Virus record (IMG/VR): IMGVR_UViG_3300028840_005860
Span: 166,070 to 230,069 of that record
DNA: 64,000 nucleotides
Direction: 5' to 3' (one strand)
Shown: positions 28,417-39,100 of the stretch, piece by piece
Numbering within the stretch: the first letter of the stretch is position 1
Layout: every line of letters begins with the position of its first letter
Notes under the pieces: generated by a model
Databases searched by the model: none
The model's input: the letters and a program-made list of their open reading frames with translations, nothing else
Told to the model about the DNA's origin: nothing
Made by a program: the position numbers and the translations under genes

Positions 28417-29358
28417 GTGCCCACTCCCGACCCGAAGAGAGTCGCCGCGGCCTACCGCCAGGACCTCGTGAAGACCGCCGGCGAGGTCATTTTCAAGAAG
28501 GACCGAAGCGGCGACGTGGGCTCGTGGGCCTACACGGACGTCGCGCCGAGTCGTCGCGAGATCCCGGCCGACTTCAACTACTCCCCGAAGAACCGCAAGT
28601 CGCTCGCGAAGATCCTGCGAGGGACGCTCGCGGGCCTCGGGCACGTGCTCGCCGCCTACACGCAGTTCGCGAAGCTGAAGTCCGCTCGCCTGAGCCCCGA
28701 CGGGAGCCTCGGCGGCCGCGGCTACATCCAGAACATCGCGGACATGCGCAAGCAGTACATGAACTGCGTCGAGGCCCTGTCGGCCCTGAGCGACACGGTC
28801 TACGACGAGCTCCACGCCCCGCACTGGGCCGTCGTCTCTCGCCAGGAGGACGACGGGGAGAAGGCGGAGGTCTCCGCCATCATCGACGACGCCGAGACCA
28901 TCCGTCGGGACCCGCAGGAGTGGGCCGAGGAGGTGGAGGCCGACGAGGCGATGCAGGGGAAGCGGAGGGGTCCTCGACCGCAGGTGCCGAAGATACGGGT
29001 GCCCGAGATGGAGCCTCACGAGATGCAGGAACGGGGAAGGGGACAGCCACCCGACCTGTTCGATGCCCAGAACCTGGTCCCGGCCACCATGGGCAAGGTG
29101 GCCTCTCTCGAGGAGAGCGTGCGACGAGTCGCCTACGGCTGGATCGCGGGAGAGTACAGGGATCGCATCCCGGGCGGACTGGCCGACGAGAAGCGGCCGT
29201 CCGACTTCGATCCCGTCCAGCTCGAGAAGGGAATCAAGGTCGAGCGCGAACATGCCGGGAAGGACACGGCCCTAGCCCGGGAGATCGCGATGGATCATCT
29301 CACCGAGGACCCCGACTATTACCGGAAGCTCGAGAAGATAGAGGAGGGAGCTCACTGA
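28417..29358 (+). CDS. Putative head-associated protein with C-terminal DUF5661-like domain
   Basis: GGLAD...FDPVQLEKGIKVEREH...AREIAMDHLTEDPDYYRKL; start placed after the late-type promoter motif. Confidence 0.7.
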   Translation: MPTPDPKRVAAAYRQDLVKTAGEVIFKKDRSGDVGSWAYTDVAPSRREIPADFNYSPKNRKSLAKILRGTLAGLGHVLAAYTQFAKLKSARLSPDGSLGGRGYIQNIADMRKQYMNCVEALSALSDTVYDELHAPHWAVVSRQEDDGEKAEVSAIIDDAETIRRDPQEWAEEVEADEAMQGKRRGPRPQVPKIRVPEMEPHEMQERGRGQPPDLFDAQNLVPATMGKVASLEESVRRVAYGWIAGEYRDRIPGGLADEKRPSDFDPVQLEKGIKVEREHAGKDTALAREIAMDHLTEDPDYYRKLEKIEEGAH

Positions 29359-31604
29359 TGGGTTCCAAGAAGGCCAATTCCACCCTCCCGAGCGAGCTCA
29401 ACGAGGACTGGGGCTCGAACTACATGATGGACGGCTTCTGGCACGACATGGAGTACGAGCACGGACTCCGCGAGAACCCGGCGCGTGACCCGGTGCCGCA
29501 ACCTTCGACCTCGGGTTTCGCCCAGCTGCCGGGAGCGCTGATCGTGGGCGACGAGGAGACGGAGCCTCCTCAGGAGGTCGAGCAGGAGGCGCTCATCGAC
29601 CTCGAGGCCCTGGGCATCGTCGCCTCGGTCGATCCCGACGTCGACCGCAGCGACGTGGGCGTCGTCGACTTCTCGTGGATCGGAGAGGCGCGTCAGGACC
29701 TCGACCGCCTGCCGAATCAGCCGGTCGACAACGGCATCCCAGAACTGCAGGAGGCGTGGGGGGACCGCACGGACGGCATCCATCGGATCGACCTGTACGA
29801 CCGGGACGAGACTCACTACGAGGACGCGGACCAGCGGAAGGAGGACGACGACCGCCTCAATCGCGAGAAGCTCGCGGGCCTCGTCGGCGCCGCCATGAGG
29901 CGCTCGGCGGCCGGAGATCCGCTGCAATCCATCAAGGCGGACCTCGCGGCCCACGTCGACTCCGAGGACGTGCCGAAGATCGTCCGAGCGGTTCGCGCCG
30001 TCGAGGCAGAGCACGGGCTTGTCGGCAACGTTTACGTCCGGGCCTCGGCGTACCCCGGTCTCCACAAGGGACGGCACCGGGAGGCGATGCAGCGAGCCGC
30101 CAAGGGGGCTCGGTACCTCGTGGCGCACGAGGGCTGCGACTGCACCGACTGTGCCTGTGCCCTGGGCCTGCGCGTCGTGGATCATGCGAATGAGATCGAC
30201 TGGAACGACGCCTACGAGCACTACGCGCCTCAGCTCGAGGCGACGGGACGTCTTGATAGGATGGCGACCATCATGGACAAGCGCGAGTCGCTCCGCAGGG
30301 CCTTCTTGGCCCACGAGGTCGCGCCTCGCCTCGCCGTCGAGAGCACCAAGGTGCGGCCCACGATGCCGGCCGACCGCGTGTCCTCCGAGGAGGCTCGCGC
30401 CGCCCTGGCGGCGCTGAAGACTGGCGAGCGCGAGACGTTGACGAACGAGGCGAGGGAGCACGCGGTCGTGATCCGGAACCTCGGGGTCAGGCTCGGAGCA
30501 CTCGTCAAGGCCAGCCTCATCACGCAGGAGGAGGCGGACAGGCTGTTCAAGTCGGAGGCTCCCGCAGAGATGCGTCTCCGCATGGCCCACCTGCTCGCCG
30601 CGCGGACGAAGCGGGCGAGTTACTCGGGAGCGAGCCTCCAGGACGCTCGAGTCAGGATCTCCGCCGAGCAGTTCGCCCGGGCGGCGGCGGACGCGTCGCG
30701 ACACGAGCACATGGCCCGGACGGCGTCTGCCGCCGAGGGGGCCGAGCGCCTGCGCCTTCTCGAGGGGTTCAGGCGCGTCGAGGCCCGCTACGAGCAGGCG
30801 CGGAGGAAGTTCGCCCAGGTGCTCGAGGCCGTCGAGAAGGGAGACGTCAAGGGCGCGGCCCTGCGGAAGATGGTCGACGGCCTTTTCGACGGGCTAGAGC
30901 GCAGGATGGTCGCATTCGAGCTCGACCCCGTGCTCGCGAGGAACGGCTACTACGAGCAGTCCGAGGCTCCTCGGGACTACCAGGACGCGGCGGTCCGCGA
31001 GGCGGTGCCGGCGAGACACGAGCCCGTAGTCTCCGCTGGGGAGGTCTCGGGGGCGGTGCGCTGGACGCGGCGGCAGATGAGCGAGGGCGCGGCGGGGCGC
31101 GAGCTCGACCGCCTCCTTCGGGCAAGGTTCGAGCCGCGCGTGATGAAGGCCGCGAGCGAGAAGATTGCCGCCGCCAGACGCGAGCACGAGGGGTTGTCGG
31201 GTCACCTCTACGCCGATGCGGGCGCGTACGCGACGAGGAAGACGGCCAAGGGCTGCGAGGAGGGTGGACTGCGCCATCGGGCCAACGGGCTGAAGTACGT
31301 CCTGGCGATGCCCCGCTGCGAGGGGTGCGTCTTCAAGAACGCCGACGGCGTCTGCCAGAAGTACAACAAGGTCCTGGCCGACGAGTTCTCCGGCGACGAC
31401 GTCGAGCAGCTTCGGCGCCGCACGATCGCGTCGCACGAGATGACCGACCAGGAGCAGACGGCGGCGATGTTCGCGGTCGGGACTCAGGCGGCCGACGAGG
31501 CCACCCGGTTCGGCCTCCACAACGCCATGCTCGACGACGTGGAGACCGAGGAACCCGAGCACGGGCTCCTCGACGGGATCTTCTTCGGAGGCTTCGAGAT
31601 ATGA
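29358..31604 (+). CDS. Large putative head/core protein with duplicated Cys-rich domain
   Basis: TGATG coupling; two related segments (EAEHGLVGNVYVRASAY / RREHEGLSGHLYADAGAY), each followed by Cys clusters. Confidence 0.7.
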   Translation: MGSKKANSTLPSELNEDWGSNYMMDGFWHDMEYEHGLRENPARDPVPQPSTSGFAQLPGALIVGDEETEPPQEVEQEALIDLEALGIVASVDPDVDRSDVGVVDFSWIGEARQDLDRLPNQPVDNGIPELQEAWGDRTDGIHRIDLYDRDETHYEDADQRKEDDDRLNREKLAGLVGAAMRRSAAGDPLQSIKADLAAHVDSEDVPKIVRAVRAVEAEHGLVGNVYVRASAYPGLHKGRHREAMQRAAKGARYLVAHEGCDCTDCACALGLRVVDHANEIDWNDAYEHYAPQLEATGRLDRMATIMDKRESLRRAFLAHEVAPRLAVESTKVRPTMPADRVSSEEARAALAALKTGERETLTNEAREHAVVIRNLGVRLGALVKASLITQEEADRLFKSEAPAEMRLRMAHLLAARTKRASYSGASLQDARVRISAEQFARAAADASRHEHMARTASAAEGAERLRLLEGFRRVEARYEQARRKFAQVLEAVEKGDVKGAALRKMVDGLFDGLERRMVAFELDPVLARNGYYEQSEAPRDYQDAAVREAVPARHEPVVSAGEVSGAVRWTRRQMSEGAAGRELDRLLRARFEPRVMKAASEKIAAARREHEGLSGHLYADAGAYATRKTAKGCEEGGLRHRANGLKYVLAMPRCEGCVFKNADGVCQKYNKVLADEFSGDDVEQLRRRTIASHEMTDQEQTAAMFAVGTQAADEATRFGLHNAMLDDVETEEPEHGLLDGIFFGGFEI

Positions 31605-32140
31605 GCACGGAGCGATGGACCTTCATGGGTGGCCGCAACGCGGCCGATGACCGCGCCCAGGCGGTGGAGATCCTGCGGTGGCTCCTCGCGTGCCTGCGCG
31701 GCCAGTACTGGTCGTACCAGCAGTCTCACTGGCAAGCTCAGGGAGCGCCCGCGTACGGCGACCACCTCCTGTTCCAGCGGCTCTACGAGAGCGTCCAGGA
31801 CCACGTCGACACGCTCGCGGAGAAGATGGTCGGCCTGTACGGGAACGAGGCGGTGAACACCCTGAGCCTCGCGCCGAAGTTCGACTCCTGGGTCGCCCGG
31901 TGGGCGGAGGTCCAGTGCCTCCACAAGCGCGGGCTGCTCTCCGAGGACGACTTCCAGAAGGCGTGTCGGCAGACCTACGACAAGCTCGGAGACCTGGGCG
32001 AGCTGTCGCTGGGCATGGACGACTACCTGATGGCGACGGCTAGCGACCACGAGACGAACCAGTTCCTGCTGCGCCAGGTCCTCCGGCAGAAGCAGGCGTC
32101 GGCCGACTGGGCCGAGCTCAGGAGGAGCTTGAAGGAGTAG
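31601..32140 (+). CDS. Dps/ferritin-like protein
   Basis: HWQAQG..YGDHLLFQRLYE....VDTLAEK ferroxidase-type pattern; HE near the C-terminus. Confidence 0.8.
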   Translation: MSTERWTFMGGRNAADDRAQAVEILRWLLACLRGQYWSYQQSHWQAQGAPAYGDHLLFQRLYESVQDHVDTLAEKMVGLYGNEAVNTLSLAPKFDSWVARWAEVQCLHKRGLLSEDDFQKACRQTYDKLGDLGELSLGMDDYLMATASDHETNQFLLRQVLRQKQASADWAELRRSLKE

Positions 32141-32144
32141 TCGC

Positions 32145-32774
32145 ATGCCAACCGCCGCCAAAGTCGGGTACGAGATCCTCGTCGCGAACTTCTCGCGACC
32201 CTTCCCGAGCTCGATCACGGGGGCGGACCCCGTTCACGACGCCCCGACGAAGACGCGCACGGGTTTCGAGTTCACCCACGTGCAGACCCTCGGGTTCGCC
32301 TTGGACCACACGCAGGCAGGCGCCGCGCGGTCGGTCGTGGTCAGCAGCCTGCAGCAGGGGTTCGAGCCCTTTCCGCCGACCGCGCTGCCGCAGGCGAGCC
32401 TCGACGTCGTGGACAACACGTTCGCCGGACTCTCCGCGATCCTGTACCTCGGTCCCTATGAGTTAGTCTCCAACCGCGACTACGTGGTCGGGGCCGGCGT
32501 CAACGCGACGGCGGCGGCGATAGGCGCGGCCATCGACAACCTTCCCGGCTACAGTACCGTGGTCGCGCTCGCGAACGTGGCCGTGAGCGGTCCGCGAGGC
32601 CAGGTCGGGCTGCGTTTCGACGCGACCTACAGGGGAGGCAACGACAACTTCACGTTCAACTATCCGGCAGGCTCCCCGGACGGGGTCCTCGGCTACGGAC
32701 CCTCCCCGGGCGACGGGCCGATCAAGCCGCCGCACATCCTGCCGCCGGGCCTGCCGAACGGCGTGGCCCCCTAG
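32145..32774 (+). CDS. Putative virion structural protein
   Basis: Gly/Ala/Pro/Val-rich; NATAAAIGAAIDN resembles TATNLADAIN in 26139..27746. Confidence 0.55.
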   Translation: MPTAAKVGYEILVANFSRPFPSSITGADPVHDAPTKTRTGFEFTHVQTLGFALDHTQAGAARSVVVSSLQQGFEPFPPTALPQASLDVVDNTFAGLSAILYLGPYELVSNRDYVVGAGVNATAAAIGAAIDNLPGYSTVVALANVAVSGPRGQVGLRFDATYRGGNDNFTFNYPAGSPDGVLGYGPSPGDGPIKPPHILPPGLPNGVAP

Positions 32775-32788
32775 CCCGCGGAGGCTGA

Positions 32789-33484
32789 ATGGAAGCAGAG
32801 AGGCAGAGCACCCGCGACGAGATCCTCGCCCTCATTCCCGACGACGCCAAGCGCGTGAAGGTGAAGACGGAGAAGGGCGGCGAGCGCTGGCGCGACATCG
32901 AGGGAGGCAACCTGAGCGGCATCCTCGAGGGCGACGAGATCGTCGTTCTGAACGGGAAGCCCGTGGTCATGAAGACAAAGCCGGGTCGCAAGGCCAAACC
33001 CCCGGCCCCGAAGGCACCTCCTCCCGTGACCCAGACGGTCGCGCAGCTCCAGGTCGCGAAGCAGCACTTCTTCGACATGGACCCCCTGCTCCGGCAGCTC
33101 TCGAAGGGAGTCGACTCGGAGGACGTGCTGCACCTCGTCATGCACGGGTTCGCGCAGGAGGCGGCGTCGCTTGAGTTCGAGCGGCAGGAGGCCGAGCGCA
33201 CCGGCAAGGAGACGAGCCAACTCTCCATCCGCCGAATCAACGCCCTCAAGGCCCTGGCCGAGACGTGGATCAAGCGGAAGGAGCAGCTCTCCGGGAAGAC
33301 CATCGACATGGACAGTCCCGCGTTCCGCGAGCTGTTCAGCTTCATGCTCGACAACTTCCGCGAGGCCATGCACAAGGGCGGCGTTCCACGGGACCAGGCC
33401 GAGACCGTGTTCGTGAGTTTGTCGGAGCGGATGAGCGACGAGTCCTGGGAGCAGGAGGCGCGCAACCGGATGAAGGGAGGATGA
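32789..33484 (+). CDS. Hypothetical protein, candidate terminase small subunit
   Basis: Immediately upstream of the large terminase; helical C-half. The functional call is positional only. Confidence 0.45.
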   Translation: MEAERQSTRDEILALIPDDAKRVKVKTEKGGERWRDIEGGNLSGILEGDEIVVLNGKPVVMKTKPGRKAKPPAPKAPPPVTQTVAQLQVAKQHFFDMDPLLRQLSKGVDSEDVLHLVMHGFAQEAASLEFERQEAERTGKETSQLSIRRINALKALAETWIKRKEQLSGKTIDMDSPAFRELFSFMLDNFREAMHKGGVPRDQAETVFVSLSERMSDESWEQEARNRMKGG

Positions 33485-33488
33485 GGCG

Positions 33489-35390
33489 TTGGCGAAGGGC
33501 ACGGCCAACCTGGCTCGGATGGCCCTCAACGCCGGGCGACGGTCGGAGAACGCGGGGCAGCGCGACGTCGTAGACATCATCACGTTCGTCGAGGCCGAGT
33601 GGGGCCTCGACATGCGCCTGTACCCCGTCCAGCGCGTCATCCTGAAGGCCCACTACGGGATCCCGCTCGACGACAACCTGGCGAACAGCTTCGTCATCAC
33701 GGACTGGAGGCGGGAGAATCCCCGGAGGTTCACGGAGGCCGAGTACCTCCGGTACCTCAACGACGAGGGCCGCTGCAACATCCGAGAGGTCGTGCCGGGA
33801 CAGGAACGCCGACAGATGATCCTGAGCGTCGGACGCCGGAGTGGCAAGACCTTGATCAGCTCTTGCGTCGCGGCCTACGAGACCTACAAGCTGATCAACA
33901 AGGGCAACCCGCAGCACTACTACGGCCTGAGCCCGTCGAGCAACATCCAGCTCATCTCGGTCGCGACCGGCAAGGACCAGGCGGGCCTCCTCTACCAGGA
34001 GGTGTCGGGCCACTATGCGAAGTGCTCGTTCTTCAGGCGCTACACGGCGAACCACACGATGTCGTACGCGCGGTTCCAGACCCCCCACGACATCGAAGAG
34101 TTCGGCCCGTACTCCGAGAACCCCCAGGCGCGGGCGAGCATCAAGGCCACTTTCCATGCTTGCAACGCCAAGGGCCTGCGCGGCGCGGGGAACGTGGTCG
34201 TCATCCTCGACGAGGTGGCCCACTTCGTCGAGCAGGGCGGGAGCTCGGCCGAGGACGTCTGGAAGGCTATCGCACCCTCGATAGGTACGTTCACCCCGAA
34301 GGACGAGTACGGCGAGCCGATCGATGGTCCCGGCACCCCCTCGGAGGGTCGCACGATCCTCATCTCCTCCCCGCTCGGCACGCAGGGCCTGTTCTACAAC
34401 AAGTTCCGACAGGGGATGTCGGGCGGCGAGTCGTCCGAGCACATGCTGTGCGTTCAGGCCCCGACCTGGGAGGTCAACCCGACGGTCTCGGCGTCCGTGT
34501 TCAAGGACGCCTACGCCGAGGATCCCCGGATCTTCTTCACCGAGTGGGGGGGCGAGTTCAGGAGCGCCACCCTGGGCTGGCTGGAGGACCCGAAAGACCT
34601 CTTCGACTGCGTGGATCCGCATCTGCGTCCCCGGTCTCGGGGACAGGCGAGGCGCCCGTACTTCGTGGGATTCGACCTCGGCCTGGCGGGGAACGGGAGC
34701 GCCCTGGCCATCGTCCACATCGACGAGCTCAACCGGATCGTCCTCGACTTCGTCGGCCAGATGAAGGCCGGAGAGGGAGAGCACGCCGACAAGGAGCGCC
34801 TCGACTTCGAGGAGGTCGCGGCCTGGATCTTCTCCCTGTCGCGGCGCTTTCACTTCTACAAGGGCCTCTTCGACCAGTGGGGCGCGATCCCTCTCGAGCA
34901 GGCGCTCGCGAAGAAGGGCCTCAAGCAGTTCGAGGGCAAGCTGTTCTCGCCGCAGGAGAGGTCCCAGATCTGGCAGAACTTCAAGTCGATCCTCTGGGAC
35001 CGCGTGAACGGAAAGCCGCGCCTCGTCCTGTACGACATCACTCCGGAGGAGAAGGCGAGGTACGAGGCTCGAGACGAGAAGCCGCCCGAGCACCTCCTCT
35101 ACCTCACGCAGCTGACCGAGCTGCAGGCGACCTACAGGAGCAAGTACGTCATCCACGTGGAGGCGCCCCAGGTCGAGGGCAAGCACGACGACATGCCCGA
35201 CGCCCTGTCGCGAGCCGTGTGGCTCGCGAGCCAGCATCTCGGCAAGATGAAGCACATCGCGCGGTCGAAGAACGGCATCAACCCAAGCTGGCCGCAACCC
35301 TCGTCGAAGGTCCGGCGTGCGAACCATCGCAAGAGGCTCCTCGGAGGCTCGGACCCGAAGAGGCAGGTCCCGCGGAGGCGCTACAGGTAG
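33489..35390 (+). CDS. terL: Terminase large subunit
   Basis: Walker A GRRSGKT, Walker B VVILDEVAH, ISSP coupling motif, nuclease GFDLG and HDDMPDA. Confidence 0.92.
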   Translation: MAKGTANLARMALNAGRRSENAGQRDVVDIITFVEAEWGLDMRLYPVQRVILKAHYGIPLDDNLANSFVITDWRRENPRRFTEAEYLRYLNDEGRCNIREVVPGQERRQMILSVGRRSGKTLISSCVAAYETYKLINKGNPQHYYGLSPSSNIQLISVATGKDQAGLLYQEVSGHYAKCSFFRRYTANHTMSYARFQTPHDIEEFGPYSENPQARASIKATFHACNAKGLRGAGNVVVILDEVAHFVEQGGSSAEDVWKAIAPSIGTFTPKDEYGEPIDGPGTPSEGRTILISSPLGTQGLFYNKFRQGMSGGESSEHMLCVQAPTWEVNPTVSASVFKDAYAEDPRIFFTEWGGEFRSATLGWLEDPKDLFDCVDPHLRPRSRGQARRPYFVGFDLGLAGNGSALAIVHIDELNRIVLDFVGQMKAGEGEHADKERLDFEEVAAWIFSLSRRFHFYKGLFDQWGAIPLEQALAKKGLKQFEGKLFSPQERSQIWQNFKSILWDRVNGKPRLVLYDITPEEKARYEARDEKPPEHLLYLTQLTELQATYRSKYVIHVEAPQVEGKHDDMPDALSRAVWLASQHLGKMKHIARSKNGINPSWPQPSSKVRRANHRKRLLGGSDPKRQVPRRRYR

Positions 35391-35393
35391 ACG

Positions 35394-35654
35394 ATGTCGA
35401 AGGGGATCATGCCGGGAGACCCGTCCAGGGCCGATCACAGGCTCGTGGGTTACGTCCTCAAGACCTTCTTCAAGGACAGGAAGGTCCTGCACGTGCCCGA
35501 AGAGTTCGACCGCGTGGGGCGCGTGTTCGAGCGGGCCGGGGGTTCCTGGGAGCACCTGTTCAAGGGCTCGATCAGGGACATCAACCTCCTCAAGCGGATC
35601 GTGAAGATCGCGATCAAAGAGGGTTTCATGTCGAAGGCTCCGCGCTTTCGGTAG
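35394..35654 (+). CDS. Hypothetical protein
   Basis: Tightly packed ORF with typical codon usage. Confidence 0.7.
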   Translation: MSKGIMPGDPSRADHRLVGYVLKTFFKDRKVLHVPEEFDRVGRVFERAGGSWEHLFKGSIRDINLLKRIVKIAIKEGFMSKAPRFR

Positions 35655-35655
35655 G

Positions 35656-36138
35656 ATGACGAGCGACGTGACCGATACGCCCGACAGCACGCCCGAGACC
35701 GAGCCCAAGCCCCGGACGGAGGACGCCGAGGTCGAGCGCGAGACCATCCGGGAGGCCGTCGTCGCCCAGCAGGAGCTCGAGCGCGAGCAGCGGATCGCGG
35801 TCGAGCGAGCGGAGGCTCGGAGGGCACGGGATCGCCGCGCCGAGCAGCGTCGGGAGGAGCGCGTCGCGCAGGCCAGGGAGGCCCAGGCGCGGCGCGTAAG
35901 GGCCCTCGAGGAGGCCAACGACAGGGTCGCGGCGAACGTCGCGGAAGCCTCACGGGCTCTCAGAGGCGCCCTGAGAGCGGCCTCGGAGGTGCCCCTAGGG
36001 CGCCAGTCGGTCGAGGGACGCGAGCAGCGGCGCCTCGTGCGGAGCATCGAGGACGCCATGGGTGCCCTGCGCCGCATCCGGCGCGGGACTTTTCACGAAG
36101 GAGAGCTCGAGCTCGACCTGGATCTTCACATCGACTGA
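35656..36138 (+). CDS. Coiled-coil hypothetical protein
   Basis: Arg/Glu/Ala-rich helix; tightly packed. Confidence 0.7.
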   Translation: MTSDVTDTPDSTPETEPKPRTEDAEVERETIREAVVAQQELEREQRIAVERAEARRARDRRAEQRREERVAQAREAQARRVRALEEANDRVAANVAEASRALRGALRAASEVPLGRQSVEGREQRRLVRSIEDAMGALRRIRRGTFHEGELELDLDLHID

Positions 36139-36184
36139 ACCACCCACAGGAGCACAGAACACAGGACCCCAGGAGTAGCGAGCG

Positions 36185-39100
36185 ATGGCAGCGGAAGGCA
36201 GCAAGAACGCAATCGCGGGATCGGCGTCCCCGTCCTCACAGAGGAAGAACGAGGACGAGCGCGTCGTGGCGGACGTCCCGAACACCCGGCCCGAGCTGCA
36301 CATCGGCAAACCCACCCGCGTCGTCGTCGGATCTATGAGATCGAGGGGCGGCCCTACCAGCTTCCGCGCGAGGGTGGCGAGCTGCGGGCCGGGCACCGGC
36401 AGCTACGGCGGCGTCAGTGCCGGAGGCGGCGGCACCGGCTACGGAGGGTACGGAGGCTTCGGAGGGAACTTCGGAGCCGGAGCCGTCATGCAGGCGAGCT
36501 CCGGAAACTTCTACTCCCCCGAGCTGAGCACCGACTTCCTTGAGCTTCCCCAGTCGCTCAACGAGCAGTGGAACTACTACAGGTTCTTCTACGACAACGA
36601 ACCGTTCGTCGGGCAGGCGCTCGACCTGCACACCGAGCTGCCGCTGTCCAAGGTCCGGCTCGGGCGCCCGAAGGCCAACGACAGGCGGATGGCCGAGGCG
36701 TCTCTGCGGTTCTGCGAGAAGTGGGTGAAGCGCATCGGGCTGCTCCAGCGTCTGCTCGAGATCGTCCACGACTACTTCAAGATCGGAGAGGTCTACATCT
36801 TCTGCGAGGACGCCAACCCGGAGATCCCACAGGACGTCCGGAAGAAGGTCGTGAGGCGCGTCGAGGCGGACGGCACGCTGACGGAGACGTGGGTCGACCG
36901 CGAGGACGCGAACGAGCGCACCGTCAGGTGGATGAAGCAGCACTACAAGGGGTGGACCAGCATCAGGACCGTCCCGCCCGAGCAGATCCACCTCCAGACG
37001 TTCCCGTTCACCGACGAGGTGTTGATCGATCTGATCCCCGACTCGAAGAGCAGGCACCTGCTCGACATGGCCGACCAGGGCGACAAGTACGCCGCGCGCG
37101 TCGTCAAGTCCATGGATCCGGTCGTGGTGGAGGCCCTTCGCAGGGGAGAAAACGTCCCGCTCAGCACCGACCCGGACGGCGGCTCCTTCGTCCACTACAT
37201 GGCGAACAAGAAGTCGCAGTACGAGCCGAGGGGCCACAGCATCCTCCAGCGGTGCCTTCTTCCCGGCACGCTCATAACCGTCCAGCGCAACGGGATCGTG
37301 CGGCAGGTCCCCGTGGAGGACGTCGACACGACTACGGATCTCCTGTTGACCCACAAGGGTCGGTTCCGTCGGGCCACGGCAGGTTCTCGCCCGGTGCGCG
37401 AGAGGGTCGCGGTCCTGCGCATCGAAGGCGTCGAAGACCCCTTGGCCCTCACCACTGACCACGAGGTGCTCCTCGTGCGGGAAGACGGCACCGAGGCGTG
37501 GGTGCCCGCGGGCGAAGTGCGCGAGGGCGACATCGTGCGCGAGAGTCACGTTGTCCCGGAGAACGAGCCCGTCCCTGAGATCGACCTCGCGACGTGGTGG
37601 AGTAATCGGAGGCTCAACGTTGCGCGACGTTTCCGTGAAAACGCGAAGGAAGTCGAAATCCGCAACCGTGAGGTTCGCGTCATCGACGTCGAGGATGGTC
37701 CCGATGGGCTCACCGTCACCTTCGAGCACGACAACGACGACGCGGGTCAGATCGAGGCGACTGAGGGGATGCGTCGGTTCGTGGCATGGCTCAAGAACCT
37801 GGACGCGCCCACGGAGGCCACCTATGACGAGATCGCGGCCGTCACCGGAGTCGACAAGTCGAAACTCAGGAACTACGCGCACCTCCTCCGAAGGGAAGCG
37901 GATCTGCGCACCGAGAGTCGGAGCCTTGGACGGGGTCGAGGTCGTCGCACGACCTGGTGGCCCCTCTCTGGCGACGCGGTCGTCCCGCGAGAGACCCGCT
38001 GCGTCACGATGACGTCCCCCGTCGCCCGGATCGAGGTGGACGAGGGATTCTGTTACCTGCTCGGCACGTGGGTCGGAAACGGCAACATCTGGACCTCGGA
38101 CGAGTTGGTCCTCAATTCTCATTCCGTCGCTTGGACCGCGGGCACCGGCGACCTGGAGCAGGAAATCAAGGCAGAGGAGATGAGGCTCGCCAGTGCCTCC
38201 TTCGGCGACCAGTGCTCGGACGGCCACCTGTTTGGAGAGGAGTCCGGCTCCGACGCGTTCAGGATTGAGGATCCGCTCCTGGCGCGGTGGTTTATGGATG
38301 AGTTCGGGCACTCGGCCCAGAGCAAGCGGATCCCGAGGTGGCTCTTCGACCTCGACGAGGCTCGCGTGTTGGCGTTCCTGCGGGGACTGCTCGACACGGA
38401 CGGGAATCTCCAGGAGAGGACGACACAGACGACCATCAGGTTTGAGATGGATAACCGCGTCCTCCTCGACCAGGTGCATCTCCTCTGCAACAGGCTCGGG
38501 ATAAAGACCCAGGTCAGGAACTATGTGAAACCCGCGCGGTCGTGGACGCGGCGCTGGAAGACCAAGAGGGGTTGGAAAGAGAAGAGTTACCATTACGATG
38601 CCAAGGCGTACGCGACTCTCACGGCGACGCGCCACGCTGACGTGCGTCGTTGGGCCGAGGGGTCCGTCAAGGGATCGAAGGTCGAGTGGCAGGACAAGAC
38701 GCACCCGAACGCCCTGCGTACACAGTTCGTGAACGGATGGCTCACGCGGAGGGTCGAAGGCACCGGTTTGGTGCCATACGAAGGACTCGTGTTCTCGTTC
38801 GATGTCGAGGGAGACGAGTCTCACGTAACACATCAAATGGTGACCCATAACTGCTTGAGAACATTAGTATTTTTTGATAAGTTGAGACAGGCCCAGACCA
38901 GCATCGCCTCCCGGCACATGACGCCGATCCGGCTCGTCTACGCCGAGGACATGGACGAGGAGAACACCGAGGCCCTCCGCGACCAGATCGACCTCGCCCT
39001 CCAGGACCCGGACTACACCATCGTCACCAACTTCCAGGTGACGTGGGAGGAGATGAACTCGAACGGGCGCCTCCTCGAACTCTCGAGCGAGTACGACCTC

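Noticed and set aside
33342-38848. Very long minus-strand ORFs (33342..36077, 36236..38848; also 45897..47978 and many others)
   Set aside because: Antisense shadows of GC-rich genes with clear + strand motifs; no recognisable domains or RBS.
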